A stretch of 64,000 nucleotides of DNA, taken from Candidatus Bathyarchaeota archaeon (GTDB lineage: Archaea > Thermoproteota > Bathyarchaeia > 40CM-2-53-6). The notes beneath the pieces are model-generated. The model was given only the letters and a program-made list of their open reading frames with translations. It did no database searches and had not been told where the DNA came from. Both the position numbers and the translations under genes were made by a program. The stretch lies in NCBI GenBank assembly GCA_963726255.1, contig CAVSBL010000002.1, positions 1,376,001 to 1,440,000 of the forward strand, given 5' to 3'. This document shows positions 36,601 through 45,428 of the stretch, piece by piece. Every line of letters begins with the position of its first letter. Positions within the stretch are counted from its first letter, which is position 1.

Positions 36601-37426
36601 ACTGGAGTAGTTCATGGAGTTCTTGGATGATGTTAACGGGAACGCCTGACTCCAGAGCTTCTTTGAGTTTCTGGTTTATCCTGATAATGTCGACGAGCTT
36701 GTGCGTAAGGTCGTCCTCTGATCTGATTCCTGATTCGAGAGTGATGGATGGCCTTACCGTTACTGCTGGGACGGGTAGAACTTGGAGGATCATCCATTCG
36801 GGCCGTGCGGCGGTGGGTTCCATGCCTAGTAATCGGAGGTCTTCGTCCGGGATTCGTTCGAGTCGCTCCCGAATTTGGCTTGGGTTTAGCCTAGCTGCGC
36901 CGGCTTCCGCCATTTCATGGAAGGTGGTTGGTTTCGCGTGTTCAATTTGGTATTGGCGGGCTCCGCAGTGTGGGCATTCCTGGCTCTTCTTCGCATCCTT
37001 CATGACAGTGTCGTAGAATGTGGATGGGATCTCGTTGAGTTGCTTTTGCTGCCTCTGCATCATTTCATTGTATGCCTTGATCTTGTCGGCGGAGAGAAGT
37101 ATGCGGCCGCAGTTTCGGCATGTGACCTGAAGCAGTTTGTGGATAAGCTTCGCGAAGGCCACGTGGACGACTGGTTCTGCCAGTTCAATGTGCCCAAAGT
37201 GTCCAGGGCATGCGGATGCGGTGTTGCCGCAAGTCTTGCACTTCTGTCGTGGCTCTAGGGTGCCGAGGCGGCCGTCCATCAAGCCCGAAACAATTGGAAC
37301 GCCGTCTTCATCGTAAGTGTCGGCGGTTTGAATTTCAACCGCGGAAAGTTTGCGTATTTCACCTGGGGACGTGAGCGTAAAGTGGATACTGCCGATTACT
37401 TTGGTTGGTTCTTCAGCGACCGACAT
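33614..37426 (-). CDS. rpoA: DNA-directed RNA polymerase largest subunit, fused A'/A''
   Basis: CPGHFGH, NADFDGD, DTAVRT, QSIGEPGTQMTL.TFH in one ORF. Confidence 0.97.
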   Translation of the reverse strand: MSVAEEPTKVIGSIHFTLTSPGEIRKLSAVEIQTADTYDEDGVPIVSGLMDGRLGTLEPRQKCKTCGNTASACPGHFGHIELAEPVVHVAFAKLIHKLLQVTCRNCGRILLSADKIKAYNEMMQRQQKQLNEIPSTFYDTVMKDAKKSQECPHCGARQYQIEHAKPTTFHEMAEAGAARLNPSQIRERLERIPDEDLRLLGMEPTAARPEWMILQVLPVPAVTVRPSITLESGIRSEDDLTHKLVDIIRINQKLKEALESGVPVNIIQELHELLQYHVTTYFDNEVSGLPPARHRSGRALKTLSQRLKGKEGRFRGNLSGKRVDFSARTVISPDPNIDINEVGVPLDVAQRLTIPERVTPWNIDELKQLIRNGPDQYPGALYIVRPDGRRVRLEFVTERESLAEAIQPGFIVERHIRDGDIVLFNRQPSLHRMSIMAHTVKVLPYKTFRLNPCVCPPYNADFDGDEMNLHVPQGEEARTEAKLLMQVQDQILSPRYGGPIIGAKTDLLTAAYLLTRKSTYLNKEEVGKLITAAGYRGELPPPEIKRPEELWSGKQIFSLFLPAGFDFVAKSSMVTKEDGSSVVVKDGTLVEGVIDKNTIGAERSETLFHRIVKDSGSEPARIFLNGLIKLLDRFITLRGFTYGIDELDISAGVRDKISKAVKKAEEHVQDLIDQYKRKTLERLPGRSVEESLELRIMDELSKARDQAGELAEQYLKTETDNSGVIMTKTGARGSMLNIAQMVATVGQQSIRGQRIRRGYRDRALPFFERGDVGAEARGFVYASYQEGLTPVEFFFHSMGGREGLVDTAVRTQQSGYMQRRLINALEHIRVEYDGTVRDSRGDIIQFRYGEDGVDTAKSDHGKAVNTERLVERVELTIEKGAKASKAYIEKRVAEVREDLTPSLADQLKDSLLRVKLTRKGVDTAIKEAVKNYRKSMIEPGEAAGIVSAQSIGEPGTQMTLRTFHFAGVREQNVTLGLPRLIEIVDARKIPSTPSMIVYLDKKRRTSREKAQEVATRITHTTLGDIASIIESDITKMRIVVTLNTEAMREREVVLKDVKAAVTPGGCKVEVERNTVHITPQDMDIPQFNRLVLRLPLMHVKGIPQVKRALVMEEKTGEKSEWVIRTEGSNLELTLETEGVDTTRTISNNMHEVAEVLGIEAARNVIIKEATAVLEEQGLDVDIRHVMLVADAMTASGEVLQVGRHGVSGEKASTLAKAAFEITIPTIVDAAVKGTRDTLRGVAENVIVGQQVPMGTGLIEVYMSMPEKGKK

Positions 37427-37427
37427 T

Positions 37428-40400
37428 CTAAGCACGCTCCGATACTTCTAATCGCGGCGCCACGCCGAGGGCCATGAGTTCCTGCAGCAATAGTTTGAAG
37501 GCATAGGACAGTTGCACGGCGGAAATGACCGCCTTGTCGCCGTCGACTCTGCAAATGTACTTGTTTTGTTTCACGTCGTGGTAGGCTAACAGGCCGCATA
37601 CTTCGCAAACCATGGCCGTGTACTTGTCCGATTCTTCAAGGAGCCTGTCCCTCAATAGTGCCGACGCGCCGTGGCCGATTAAGCAATCTCGTTCCATCTC
37701 GCCGAACCTGAGGCCTCCGCCCCTCGCACGGCCTTCAGTCGGTTGACGTGTGAGCATCTGTACTTGTCCTCGCGCACGGGCATGCATTTTGTCGGCGACC
37801 ATGTGGTGTAATTTCTGGTAGTAGACGACTCCCATGAATATATCAGCGACGAGTTTCTTGCCGTCTACACCATTGTAGAGAACTTCCCTTCCGCTGTGTT
37901 GGAAACCTAACTCAAGAAGCGCATCACGTAGAGCCGCAGGCCCTTCATTACTGAACGCGGTTCCATCGACTGGCTCTCCCCGAAGGCTTGCAACCTTCCC
38001 TCCCACTGCCTCAACGAACTGGCCGATAGTCATGCGCGACGGAATCGCATGGGGGTTAATGATAACGTCAGGTACGATCCCCTGTTCGCTGAAAGGCATA
38101 TTCTCCTGCGGGATCAAAGTCCCGATAACGCCTTTCTGTCCATGCCTCGATGCAAACTTGTCTCCGAGTTCAGGAATTCGCGTGTCTCGAACGCGCGCCT
38201 TCACTAGGCGGTTGCCTTCTATCGACTCGCTAAGGAAAACGGCGTCCACTATGCCTTCTTCCGAGGGGCGCATGCCCACCGATGAATCACGTTTAGTTGG
38301 TCCTTTGACCTCGAATTCGCGGTATTCTTCGAGGAACCTGGGCGGACTTGTCCTTCCGATCAGCACGGAGTTTCCGGTGACCTCTGACTCTACCGAGATG
38401 ACCCCGTCTTCTTCTAAGAGCCTGTAGTACCTGTCACCCCTGTAGCCGCGAATTCCGGCCTCGGGCACTTCGAATTTATCACGAAGGCCCCCGAGATACT
38501 GCCTGCACTCTCCTTCATAGACTCGGTAGAATGTTGAACGGAAGAGCCCTCGGTCTACCGACGATTTGTTAATTATGATAGCGTCTTCCATGTTGTAGCC
38601 TTGGTAGCAGAGAAGTGCTACAACACAGTTCTGTCCCGCAGGCCTACTGTCGTACTTGATGATGTCCATGGGTTTCGTCCTGACCATGGGGACCTGTGGG
38701 TAGTGTAGGATGTGGCCTCGCGAATCAACGCGGTTTGCGTAATTAACGCAGAAAATTCCAAGCGCTTGTTTTGCCATAGCGGATTCATAGGCGTTGCGTG
38801 GTGACTGGTTGTGTTCGGGATAGGGGATTAGGGACGCGCAGATTCCCAGAATTGTGTACGGTGCAATTTCGACGTGCGTGGTCCTTTCATTCATTCGGTT
38901 TGGCGACGGGGCGATCAACGCATTTTCTTCCTCATCTGCGTCCAGGTACTCGATGACGCCTCGGTCCACGAGGTCCTCCCAACGCATCTCTCCGCGCTGT
39001 ACTGCTTCTACGTGCTCACGCGTTAGCCGTGGCTTTGAATTCTCCACAATGATTAGCGGCCTTCGTACCCTGCCTTGGTCGCAGTTAACGTAAAGCGCAT
39101 TTCGGCCTCCTTCAACTAGAGGCGGCGAGTAAGCTACATTTACTTCCGAACTTATCTCCGCACCCCTTCGCATTCGGATAAGCTCCGCCGCTAGCTTGTC
39201 TGCCTCGCTGGCGTATCCTGCAATCAGGCCGTCAACGAAAACCTTCGCGCCAGTTTCGCGGAGTTTGCTGTCGGCTTCGTCTACGGGGACTACGCCCATG
39301 CGTCGGAGTTTCGAAACGAATTCTCGCGAATCCACGCCAATAGATATGACCGCGCTGAGAGCGAGATTCTTTACAAGACCGCAGTTCGAGCCTTCAGGCG
39401 TCTCGCTGGGACAAAGCCTCCCCCAATGTGTGGGGTGGAGGTCTCTTGCTTCGAGGTTTGGTTGGCTCCTGCTTAAGGGCGACTGGAGCCTGCGAAGGTG
39501 GCTCAGGGTTGAAGCGTAATTTGTTCGGTCTAGGAGTTGCGTTACACCGACTCGGCCGCGAACCCAATTGCCGGTGGCAATCGCATGCTGTATTCGTTCT
39601 GTGATAATACCAGGGCGAATAGCATTACTGATTGAAAGTTCCGCATGCCTGCGGATTGTGATTCGTTCGAGTTGGTATTTCAGGTCTCGGATCAGGTTGC
39701 GGAAGGAAATTCGGAATAATTCGGCTAATAGGGACCCAGCGAGTTTCAACCGTTTATTCGCGTAATGGTCCTTGTCGTCAGGCCCCCTAATCCCAAGTTT
39801 GAGTTCGATTACCCGAACTCCCACTTCAGCAATGCACGCGGCTTTCTCTTTCCTGTCTTCAGGGCTCCGTCCAATATGTGGAAGGAAGTTTCTGTCAACG
39901 GAAGCCTCAGCCTTCTTTAAACGGTAATCTTCGACTTGGCCGGGAGCCAACCGGTTACCGATGTAGAGGAGGGCATCCCTCTGTGAAACGACGCCGACTG
40001 ATTTCTCAAAGGTTGTTGCAAGTTGGTTCTGAAGCGTCTCGTCGGTCGATATCATCTCAGCAATTCTCGAGTCCTCTTCGTAGCCGAGCGCCTTCATCAT
40101 CACAACGATTGGGATGTCCGATGGGACGCCGGGCATCGTTATGTACATGGCGCCGTCAGTTTTCAGAGTCACCTCTGTTCTAGCTCTGAAACCGACCGTT
40201 GTTGAGAAGATCTTAGCTTTGTAGGTGGGATGGACGCCTGTTTGCTCCTTGTCTACCAGAATCTTGTTTGCCGCCAAGTCTTCCAGTGCAACGACGACAC
40301 GTTCTGCACCGTTCACGATGAAGTAGCCACCGGGGTCAAGCGGATCTTCACCGATGCTGATCAGTTCCTCAGCGGACATTCGAGAGAGCGGGCAAATTTT

Positions 40401-40790
40401 CGAACGAAGCATTACGGGAAAATCGCCGATATAGACAATCTCGGTTTGACCCTCCCTCTCCCCGATCACAGGAGTCATCTCCAAGTGGAGGGGGGCGGCG
40501 TAAGTCAGGTTGCGAATTCTAGCCTCAGTTGGAAAGATCTGCCGTTCCGACCCGTCTACTTCAGTTACCCGCGGCGTTCCAATCTCAATTTTGCCGAGTT
40601 TGATTTTCAGCGGATAGTCTTCAATCTCAATTGGGATCTCTCCGGTTTCGTCGACAATGGCTTGCAGCCCAGTCTCTATGAACTCATTGTATGAGTCGAC
40701 GTGTTGCCTAACCAGCCCTTTCTCTTCCAGGAAATGTTTGATTAAATCCCAGATTTGAGGGCTAACAGTTCCAGCCGTAGTTACAGCCAC
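37428..40790 (-). CDS. rpoB: DNA-directed RNA polymerase subunit B (unsplit)
   Basis: GDKFASRHGQKG, HMVADKMHAR, GGLRFGEMERDC. Confidence 0.97.
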   Translation of the reverse strand: MAVTTAGTVSPQIWDLIKHFLEEKGLVRQHVDSYNEFIETGLQAIVDETGEIPIEIEDYPLKIKLGKIEIGTPRVTEVDGSERQIFPTEARIRNLTYAAPLHLEMTPVIGEREGQTEIVYIGDFPVMLRSKICPLSRMSAEELISIGEDPLDPGGYFIVNGAERVVVALEDLAANKILVDKEQTGVHPTYKAKIFSTTVGFRARTEVTLKTDGAMYITMPGVPSDIPIVVMMKALGYEEDSRIAEMISTDETLQNQLATTFEKSVGVVSQRDALLYIGNRLAPGQVEDYRLKKAEASVDRNFLPHIGRSPEDRKEKAACIAEVGVRVIELKLGIRGPDDKDHYANKRLKLAGSLLAELFRISFRNLIRDLKYQLERITIRRHAELSISNAIRPGIITERIQHAIATGNWVRGRVGVTQLLDRTNYASTLSHLRRLQSPLSRSQPNLEARDLHPTHWGRLCPSETPEGSNCGLVKNLALSAVISIGVDSREFVSKLRRMGVVPVDEADSKLRETGAKVFVDGLIAGYASEADKLAAELIRMRRGAEISSEVNVAYSPPLVEGGRNALYVNCDQGRVRRPLIIVENSKPRLTREHVEAVQRGEMRWEDLVDRGVIEYLDADEEENALIAPSPNRMNERTTHVEIAPYTILGICASLIPYPEHNQSPRNAYESAMAKQALGIFCVNYANRVDSRGHILHYPQVPMVRTKPMDIIKYDSRPAGQNCVVALLCYQGYNMEDAIIINKSSVDRGLFRSTFYRVYEGECRQYLGGLRDKFEVPEAGIRGYRGDRYYRLLEEDGVISVESEVTGNSVLIGRTSPPRFLEEYREFEVKGPTKRDSSVGMRPSEEGIVDAVFLSESIEGNRLVKARVRDTRIPELGDKFASRHGQKGVIGTLIPQENMPFSEQGIVPDVIINPHAIPSRMTIGQFVEAVGGKVASLRGEPVDGTAFSNEGPAALRDALLELGFQHSGREVLYNGVDGKKLVADIFMGVVYYQKLHHMVADKMHARARGQVQMLTRQPTEGRARGGGLRFGEMERDCLIGHGASALLRDRLLEESDKYTAMVCEVCGLLAYHDVKQNKYICRVDGDKAVISAVQLSYAFKLLLQELMALGVAPRLEVSERA

Positions 40791-40799
40791 AATTTCACC

Positions 40800-41066
40800 T
40801 TAACCATCAACAACATACCGATAAACGGTAACTTCGCCAGCGGTCGCGCTCTTGCGCGTTATACGCAAAATATCACCCATCTTTGCTCCCAAGGCCTCAG
40901 CGGTAGGATCGCTAGTTCTGACGTAAGGGAGCTGGTGTGGCCTGATATGGAACTCCCGCATCAGTTCTTCCGCTTCCTTCTTGGAAAGAAGCTCATGTTT
41001 CGGAACAAATTGATGGCCGAAGATGTTGTATGACCTCTCCTTTTCGCTATCCTTCAATCTAGGCAT
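40800..41066 (-). CDS. rpoH: DNA-directed RNA polymerase subunit H (Rpo5)
   Basis: HQFVPKHE, QLP, DP, R.S.TAG....YR.V. Confidence 0.95.
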   Translation of the reverse strand: MPRLKDSEKERSYNIFGHQFVPKHELLSKKEAEELMREFHIRPHQLPYVRTSDPTAEALGAKMGDILRITRKSATAGEVTVYRYVVDG

Positions 41067-41338
41067 TTTCTCCCCCGAGAAAAGGTTCTTCCGGCCCTCG
41101 AACAGACCTTACCGAAACTTTCCACAGCACCACCGGGACCCAAGCTAATAAAGTTTAGTGCATTCTAAGCGCTCCGCTAAATGAACGCCCGCGGATTCCG
41201 AAGCAGAAATTTCGGAACAGACGAGTTTTCTGCTAACCGGCTCTATGTGAACTCTCATTAATTACGTTTGAGGCGCGCCCAAAACCGTTGACTCGGACGG
41301 TGAACCACAGGAGGAACATGAAAACTTCGTCGGCTGAT

Positions 41339-41785
41339 TTAGTCGTTCAACACGAGCAGATCGTCCAAGATAGGCGTTTTAGCCCAGTCCCTTGCCGCCT
41401 TCTTCTTGCCATAACCTATCAAGTTCCGGTTCTCTGAGGTCATCAGACTGCAGAAAAAGGCCTTGCCACCCTTCGGCTTGACTTCTTCGATTGCACACTC
41501 GCCGTCGCGCAAAAAAACACACGGAGAATCAGAAAAAGCCCATTCCGAATGAACAACTCGCCCCGCCTCATCGTCTTTCCTCGCGGGACAGACGTAATAT
41601 CGCCTCTGACCAGATTCCAAAACGTAGTCGAACACAAGGAAACGAGTAAGGAGCTCTCTTTCAGACAAGCCGAGGAACCGAGCAATCCTTGGCAAATCAT
41701 CCGGGGAAAGGGCACAGGGATGAGTCATACAGCACTTGCCGCATTTCACACAAGGCTTTAGCGTTGAAGGATTCTTCACTCTCAA
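41339..41785 (-). CDS. YkgJ-family cysteine cluster protein
   Basis: CVKCGKCC...CVFL...C.IEEVKP. Confidence 0.78.
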   Translation of the reverse strand: MRVKNPSTLKPCVKCGKCCMTHPCALSPDDLPRIARFLGLSERELLTRFLVFDYVLESGQRRYYVCPARKDDEAGRVVHSEWAFSDSPCVFLRDGECAIEEVKPKGGKAFFCSLMTSENRNLIGYGKKKAARDWAKTPILDDLLVLND

Positions 41786-41832
41786 TGGTTGCCGAGAAGC
41801 CCCTACAGAAGAAGAATTGCATTACCGGAGTC

Positions 41833-42264
41833 TTAAGATAACGCTTGTAGGGCCGTAAGTGCCTTTGCTCTGTCCTGTGAGTAGCGCGTGTATAGTCTGC
41901 TCACATTGGATATGAATTTGATTTTGTCTCCGGCTACTGTGTAGAATTCTTGCATTCTGCCTTCGAGTGTCTTTGCTGCAGACATTGCATCTGTCATGGC
42001 CGCGTTACCCGGTAACGTTAGGTCCATTTTGTATGTTTCCTCGAAAATACCTGAGACTGGTTCGAGTAGGGAGTGATCGACGCTTTCTCTCGCTGTCCTC
42101 TCTAACTCCTTCTTCCGTTTGTCGCTGTTCTCCGCGAATTTTGTGAAGAGTGGCTTGGCTTGGGCGAAGGTGCTACTTGTGGCCAAGCCGCGGTAGAATT
42201 GAGCGGTTTGATCTTCGAGTTGCAGCGTAAACCTGAGAACCATGGTGAAGGTGGTGAGCTCCAT
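41833..42264 (-). CDS. Ferritin-like/rubrerythrin-fold protein (degenerate)
   Basis: Two LE.....FY helix-pair repeats; ExxH motifs absent. Confidence 0.6.
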   Translation of the reverse strand: MELTTFTMVLRFTLQLEDQTAQFYRGLATSSTFAQAKPLFTKFAENSDKRKKELERTARESVDHSLLEPVSGIFEETYKMDLTLPGNAAMTDAMSAAKTLEGRMQEFYTVAGDKIKFISNVSRLYTRYSQDRAKALTALQALS

Positions 42265-42297
42265 ACTTTGAGTCCCTCTCACACACCTTGCATGGCA

Positions 42298-43791
42298 CTA
42301 GAACCATCTTGAGATGACGACTTTTCTGTCCGTGAAGAAGTTGATCGCGTCGAAGCCTTGTCCGTGTAGGTCTCCGAAGAAAGAGTCTTTCCAGCCGCTG
42401 AATGGGAAGTAAGCTACAGGAGCCGCTATTCCTATGTTGACCCCGACGTCTCCTGCCAGTACTCTGTGTTTGAACTCTCTAGCCCACTTGCCGTTTTGTG
42501 TGAATATTGATGCTGCATTGCCATATGGGTTCTCATGGATGATTCTAAGAGCCTCTTCGAAGTCCTTGGCTCTGATCAAGCACATGACGGGTCCGAAGAT
42601 CTCTTCACTGCCAATCTTGCTCTTCGGGTTGACTTTATCGAATATTGTTGGGCCGATGAAGTAGCCTTTCTCGTAACCTGGCACTTTGATATTTCGACCG
42701 TCGAGGATCAATTCGGCCCTTTCCTTGATGCCGGTTTCGATGTAGGATAGGACCTTCTCTTTGGCTTGCGCTGAGCGAAGCGGCCCCATTTGCACAGTTT
42801 CATCTAAGCCGTAACCGGTTTTGACAGCCTTCGCGGCTTCCAATAGCTTCTTCTTCAGTTGCTCGTAGAAAGCATCGTCACCAACGGCTACTACGTTAGC
42901 ACCTGCTAAGCATCTTTGACCTGCACAGCCGTAGACTGAGTTCATTACAGCAGGCATGATCTTGTCGAGTGGTGCATCAGGCATAACCAAGAGGAAGTTC
43001 TTCGCACCACCTTGGCATTGTGCCCGCTTGCCGCCTGCAGTTGCTTTAGCGTAAACGTATTTCGCGACGGGTGTTGAGCCTACAAAAGACACGCCCCTCA
43101 CGTCTTTGCTTTCGAGAAGCGCATCAGAGACATCTCTTGATCCGTTCACGAGGTTGACCACGCCTGGTGGAAAACCTGCCTCGTCTACTAGTTCGAACAG
43201 CTTGTTTTGGGTCAGTGGGACTTCGCTTGAGGGCTTCAGGACATAGGTATTCCCGCACGCGACAGCATAGGGTAGGAACCACCATGGGATCATTGCTGGG
43301 AAATTGGAGGGGGGAAGGCATGCGAAGATTCCCAATGGCTGCAGGACACATTCCTCATCCAGACCGGGAGCGATGGTCTCTAAGTTGTATCCCATCATCA
43401 GCGTAGGAATGCCTGCCGCATGTTCAACACATTCAATCGCTCGTCGAACTTCGCCTCGAGCCTCGTCGATGGTCTTCCCATGTTCCTTCGTTAGGATTTG
43501 AGACACTTCTTCGAAATGCTCTTCCATCAAATTCTTGAGGGTGAACATGTAGCGTGCACGCGTGAGCGGAGGCGTTTCCCTCCATTCATCATAAGCAGCT
43601 TGGGCATACCGGATAGTCTCTTCCACCTCTTCTCTGGTGGACATTGGGACACGGGCTAGCACTTCGGTTGTGGCTGGGTTGACGACGTCTAGGGTCTTAG
43701 TCGATTTTGACGCAACCCATTCGCCGTTGACATAATTCTTTATGACTTCGGCCTGGGCCTCACGCCCTATGACCTTTGTAGCCTGTACCAT
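42298..43791 (-). CDS. mmsA: CoA-acylating (methyl)malonate-semialdehyde dehydrogenase
   Basis: NFPAMIP.W, SFVGST, GAKN, GCAGQRC, EEIFGP, SFFGDLH. Confidence 0.92.
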   Translation of the reverse strand: MVQATKVIGREAQAEVIKNYVNGEWVASKSTKTLDVVNPATTEVLARVPMSTREEVEETIRYAQAAYDEWRETPPLTRARYMFTLKNLMEEHFEEVSQILTKEHGKTIDEARGEVRRAIECVEHAAGIPTLMMGYNLETIAPGLDEECVLQPLGIFACLPPSNFPAMIPWWFLPYAVACGNTYVLKPSSEVPLTQNKLFELVDEAGFPPGVVNLVNGSRDVSDALLESKDVRGVSFVGSTPVAKYVYAKATAGGKRAQCQGGAKNFLLVMPDAPLDKIMPAVMNSVYGCAGQRCLAGANVVAVGDDAFYEQLKKKLLEAAKAVKTGYGLDETVQMGPLRSAQAKEKVLSYIETGIKERAELILDGRNIKVPGYEKGYFIGPTIFDKVNPKSKIGSEEIFGPVMCLIRAKDFEEALRIIHENPYGNAASIFTQNGKWAREFKHRVLAGDVGVNIGIAAPVAYFPFSGWKDSFFGDLHGQGFDAINFFTDRKVVISRWF

Positions 43792-43806
43792 ATCAGTTCA
43801 CTAAAC

Positions 43807-43821
43807 TTGGACACCGTCCAA
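43807..43821. promoter_or_regulatory. Candidate BarR/Lrp operator TTGGAC-ACC-GTCCAA
   Basis: Perfect 15-bp palindrome 15 nt upstream of the mmsA start. Confidence 0.65.
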
Positions 43822-43960
43822 TCGGTTATTAGCCTTACGGTGTAGTATCATCAAGGACAATGCGATTGACTTCGTCTGATAGTGGGGAAAGTTGTGCATA
43901 CCAAGATGCGGCTATCAGCTCTCACCTTTAGCCGCCTAGCCGCACATTTCCCAAGTGGTA

Positions 43961-45304
43961 CTAGGCAACCTCTTTGTCTGCTACCTCAAGCGCCCTGTCG
44001 AGCACGCTGACGCCCTGCTCGAATTCTTCTTTCTTGATTATCAGGGGTGGGGCGACGGTTAGGTAGTTGATCCATGTGTTGATGAACACACCGTTCTTCA
44101 TGCATTCTGCGGCGACGCGGTCAACAACCAAAGGTTTGCCCTGTAGCTTATCCTCACGAGTATTGAAGCCCTCCTTGGATTTCCTGTTGCGGACCAATTC
44201 AAGTGCCCAGAAAAGGCCAAGCCCGCGCACATCTCCTACTGAAGGATGTTTATCTTGCAACGCTTTCAACTGTTTTCCAATGGATTGCCCCATTTCACGT
44301 GAGCGTTCAACGAGGCCTAGCCGCTTGTATTCTCCGATGGCCGCGACCCCTGCTGCCAATGTCAGTGGGTGCGCCTCGTAAGTGTGACCGTGCGCGAAGT
44401 AATTCTCCTCAAAATAATCCGAAATTTCGCGAGTTGTTGCGGTGACACTCAGCGGAACATACGCACCAGTGATTCCCTTGGCAGTTGTCATAATGTCGGG
44501 TTTGACCTTCCAGTGGTCTACCGCAAACCATTCGCCTGCCCGTCCCCAACCTGACATGACCTCGTCACAAATCAGTAGGACTTCGTGTTGCTCTGTAATC
44601 TCGCGGAGGCGGGGAAGGTATTCGTCAGGAGGAACGAGTATCCCATTGGTTCCAACAATCGGCTCGACAATGATGGCTGCGACGTTCGATTCATGCTTAA
44701 TCATGTACTCAATATAGTCGGCGCATGCGATGCCACAGTTGGGATATTCCAACCCGAAGGGACAACGATAGCAGTAGGCATCTGGTCCAAAAATAACCCC
44801 TCCCATTTTGCCGGAAGGTTCAATCGGGTATCGTCGTGGATCACCCGTGGCTGCAATTGAACCCGCAGTCGAACCGTGGTAGGATGAGTAGCGGGAAATT
44901 ATCTTGTACTTGCCCGTGAACTGCCTCGCAATCTTGAACGCAGCTTCGTTTGCCTCGGTCCCTGACGTAGCGTAGAAAAACTTCTCAAGTCCTTGGGGCA
45001 TAACCTCCAAGAGAGATTTCGTTAATCTTGCGCGTACATCCGTGGTAAAAGATGGCGCTGCGTAGGGAAGCTTCTTGGCTTGTTCGCAGATTGCTTCAAT
45101 TACAGCCTTATTCCCGTGACCTAGATTGGAACACATCAGTTGGGATGAAAAATCAAGAAAACGCTGGCCTGACGCGTCTGTAAAGTAGCATCCTTCTGCG
45201 CTAACAATCTCGCGAGGAACCCACCCTTTTTGCGCTCGCCAAGTTCCATACGTGTACTCTTTTGATACTTTCACAACGTCCGACTGGGTAGCAGCCTGAA
45301 CCAT
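43961..45304 (-). CDS. Class III PLP aminotransferase (beta-alanine/taurine:pyruvate type)
   Basis: DFSSQL...LGH, SGTEANE, SYHG, DEVMSGWGR, AKGIT, HGHTY. Confidence 0.9.
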   Translation of the reverse strand: MVQAATQSDVVKVSKEYTYGTWRAQKGWVPREIVSAEGCYFTDASGQRFLDFSSQLMCSNLGHGNKAVIEAICEQAKKLPYAAPSFTTDVRARLTKSLLEVMPQGLEKFFYATSGTEANEAAFKIARQFTGKYKIISRYSSYHGSTAGSIAATGDPRRYPIEPSGKMGGVIFGPDAYCYRCPFGLEYPNCGIACADYIEYMIKHESNVAAIIVEPIVGTNGILVPPDEYLPRLREITEQHEVLLICDEVMSGWGRAGEWFAVDHWKVKPDIMTTAKGITGAYVPLSVTATTREISDYFEENYFAHGHTYEAHPLTLAAGVAAIGEYKRLGLVERSREMGQSIGKQLKALQDKHPSVGDVRGLGLFWALELVRNRKSKEGFNTREDKLQGKPLVVDRVAAECMKNGVFINTWINYLTVAPPLIIKKEEFEQGVSVLDRALEVADKEVA

Positions 45305-45341
45305 AATGCATCCATTCCTTTTACCAGAATTTACGCTTAAT

Positions 45342-45387
45342 AGTATTACTGTCCAATTCCTGCGTCAAAATTCTGGACGATGTACAG
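45342..45387. promoter_or_regulatory. Two BarR-like boxes upstream of the aminotransferase
   Basis: AGTATT-ACT-GTCCAA (45342-45356) and CTGGAC-GAT-GTACAG (45373-45387), centres 31 bp apart. Confidence 0.5.
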
Positions 45388-45428
45388 TGCGGTATTGAGG
45401 CCTAAGGGAATATTCTCTATTGCCTCAG

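Noticed and set aside
43780-45304. Adjacent aminotransferase and mmsA both begin MVQA
   Set aside because: Four-codon match between unrelated proteins; may reflect initiation context but cannot be distinguished from chance
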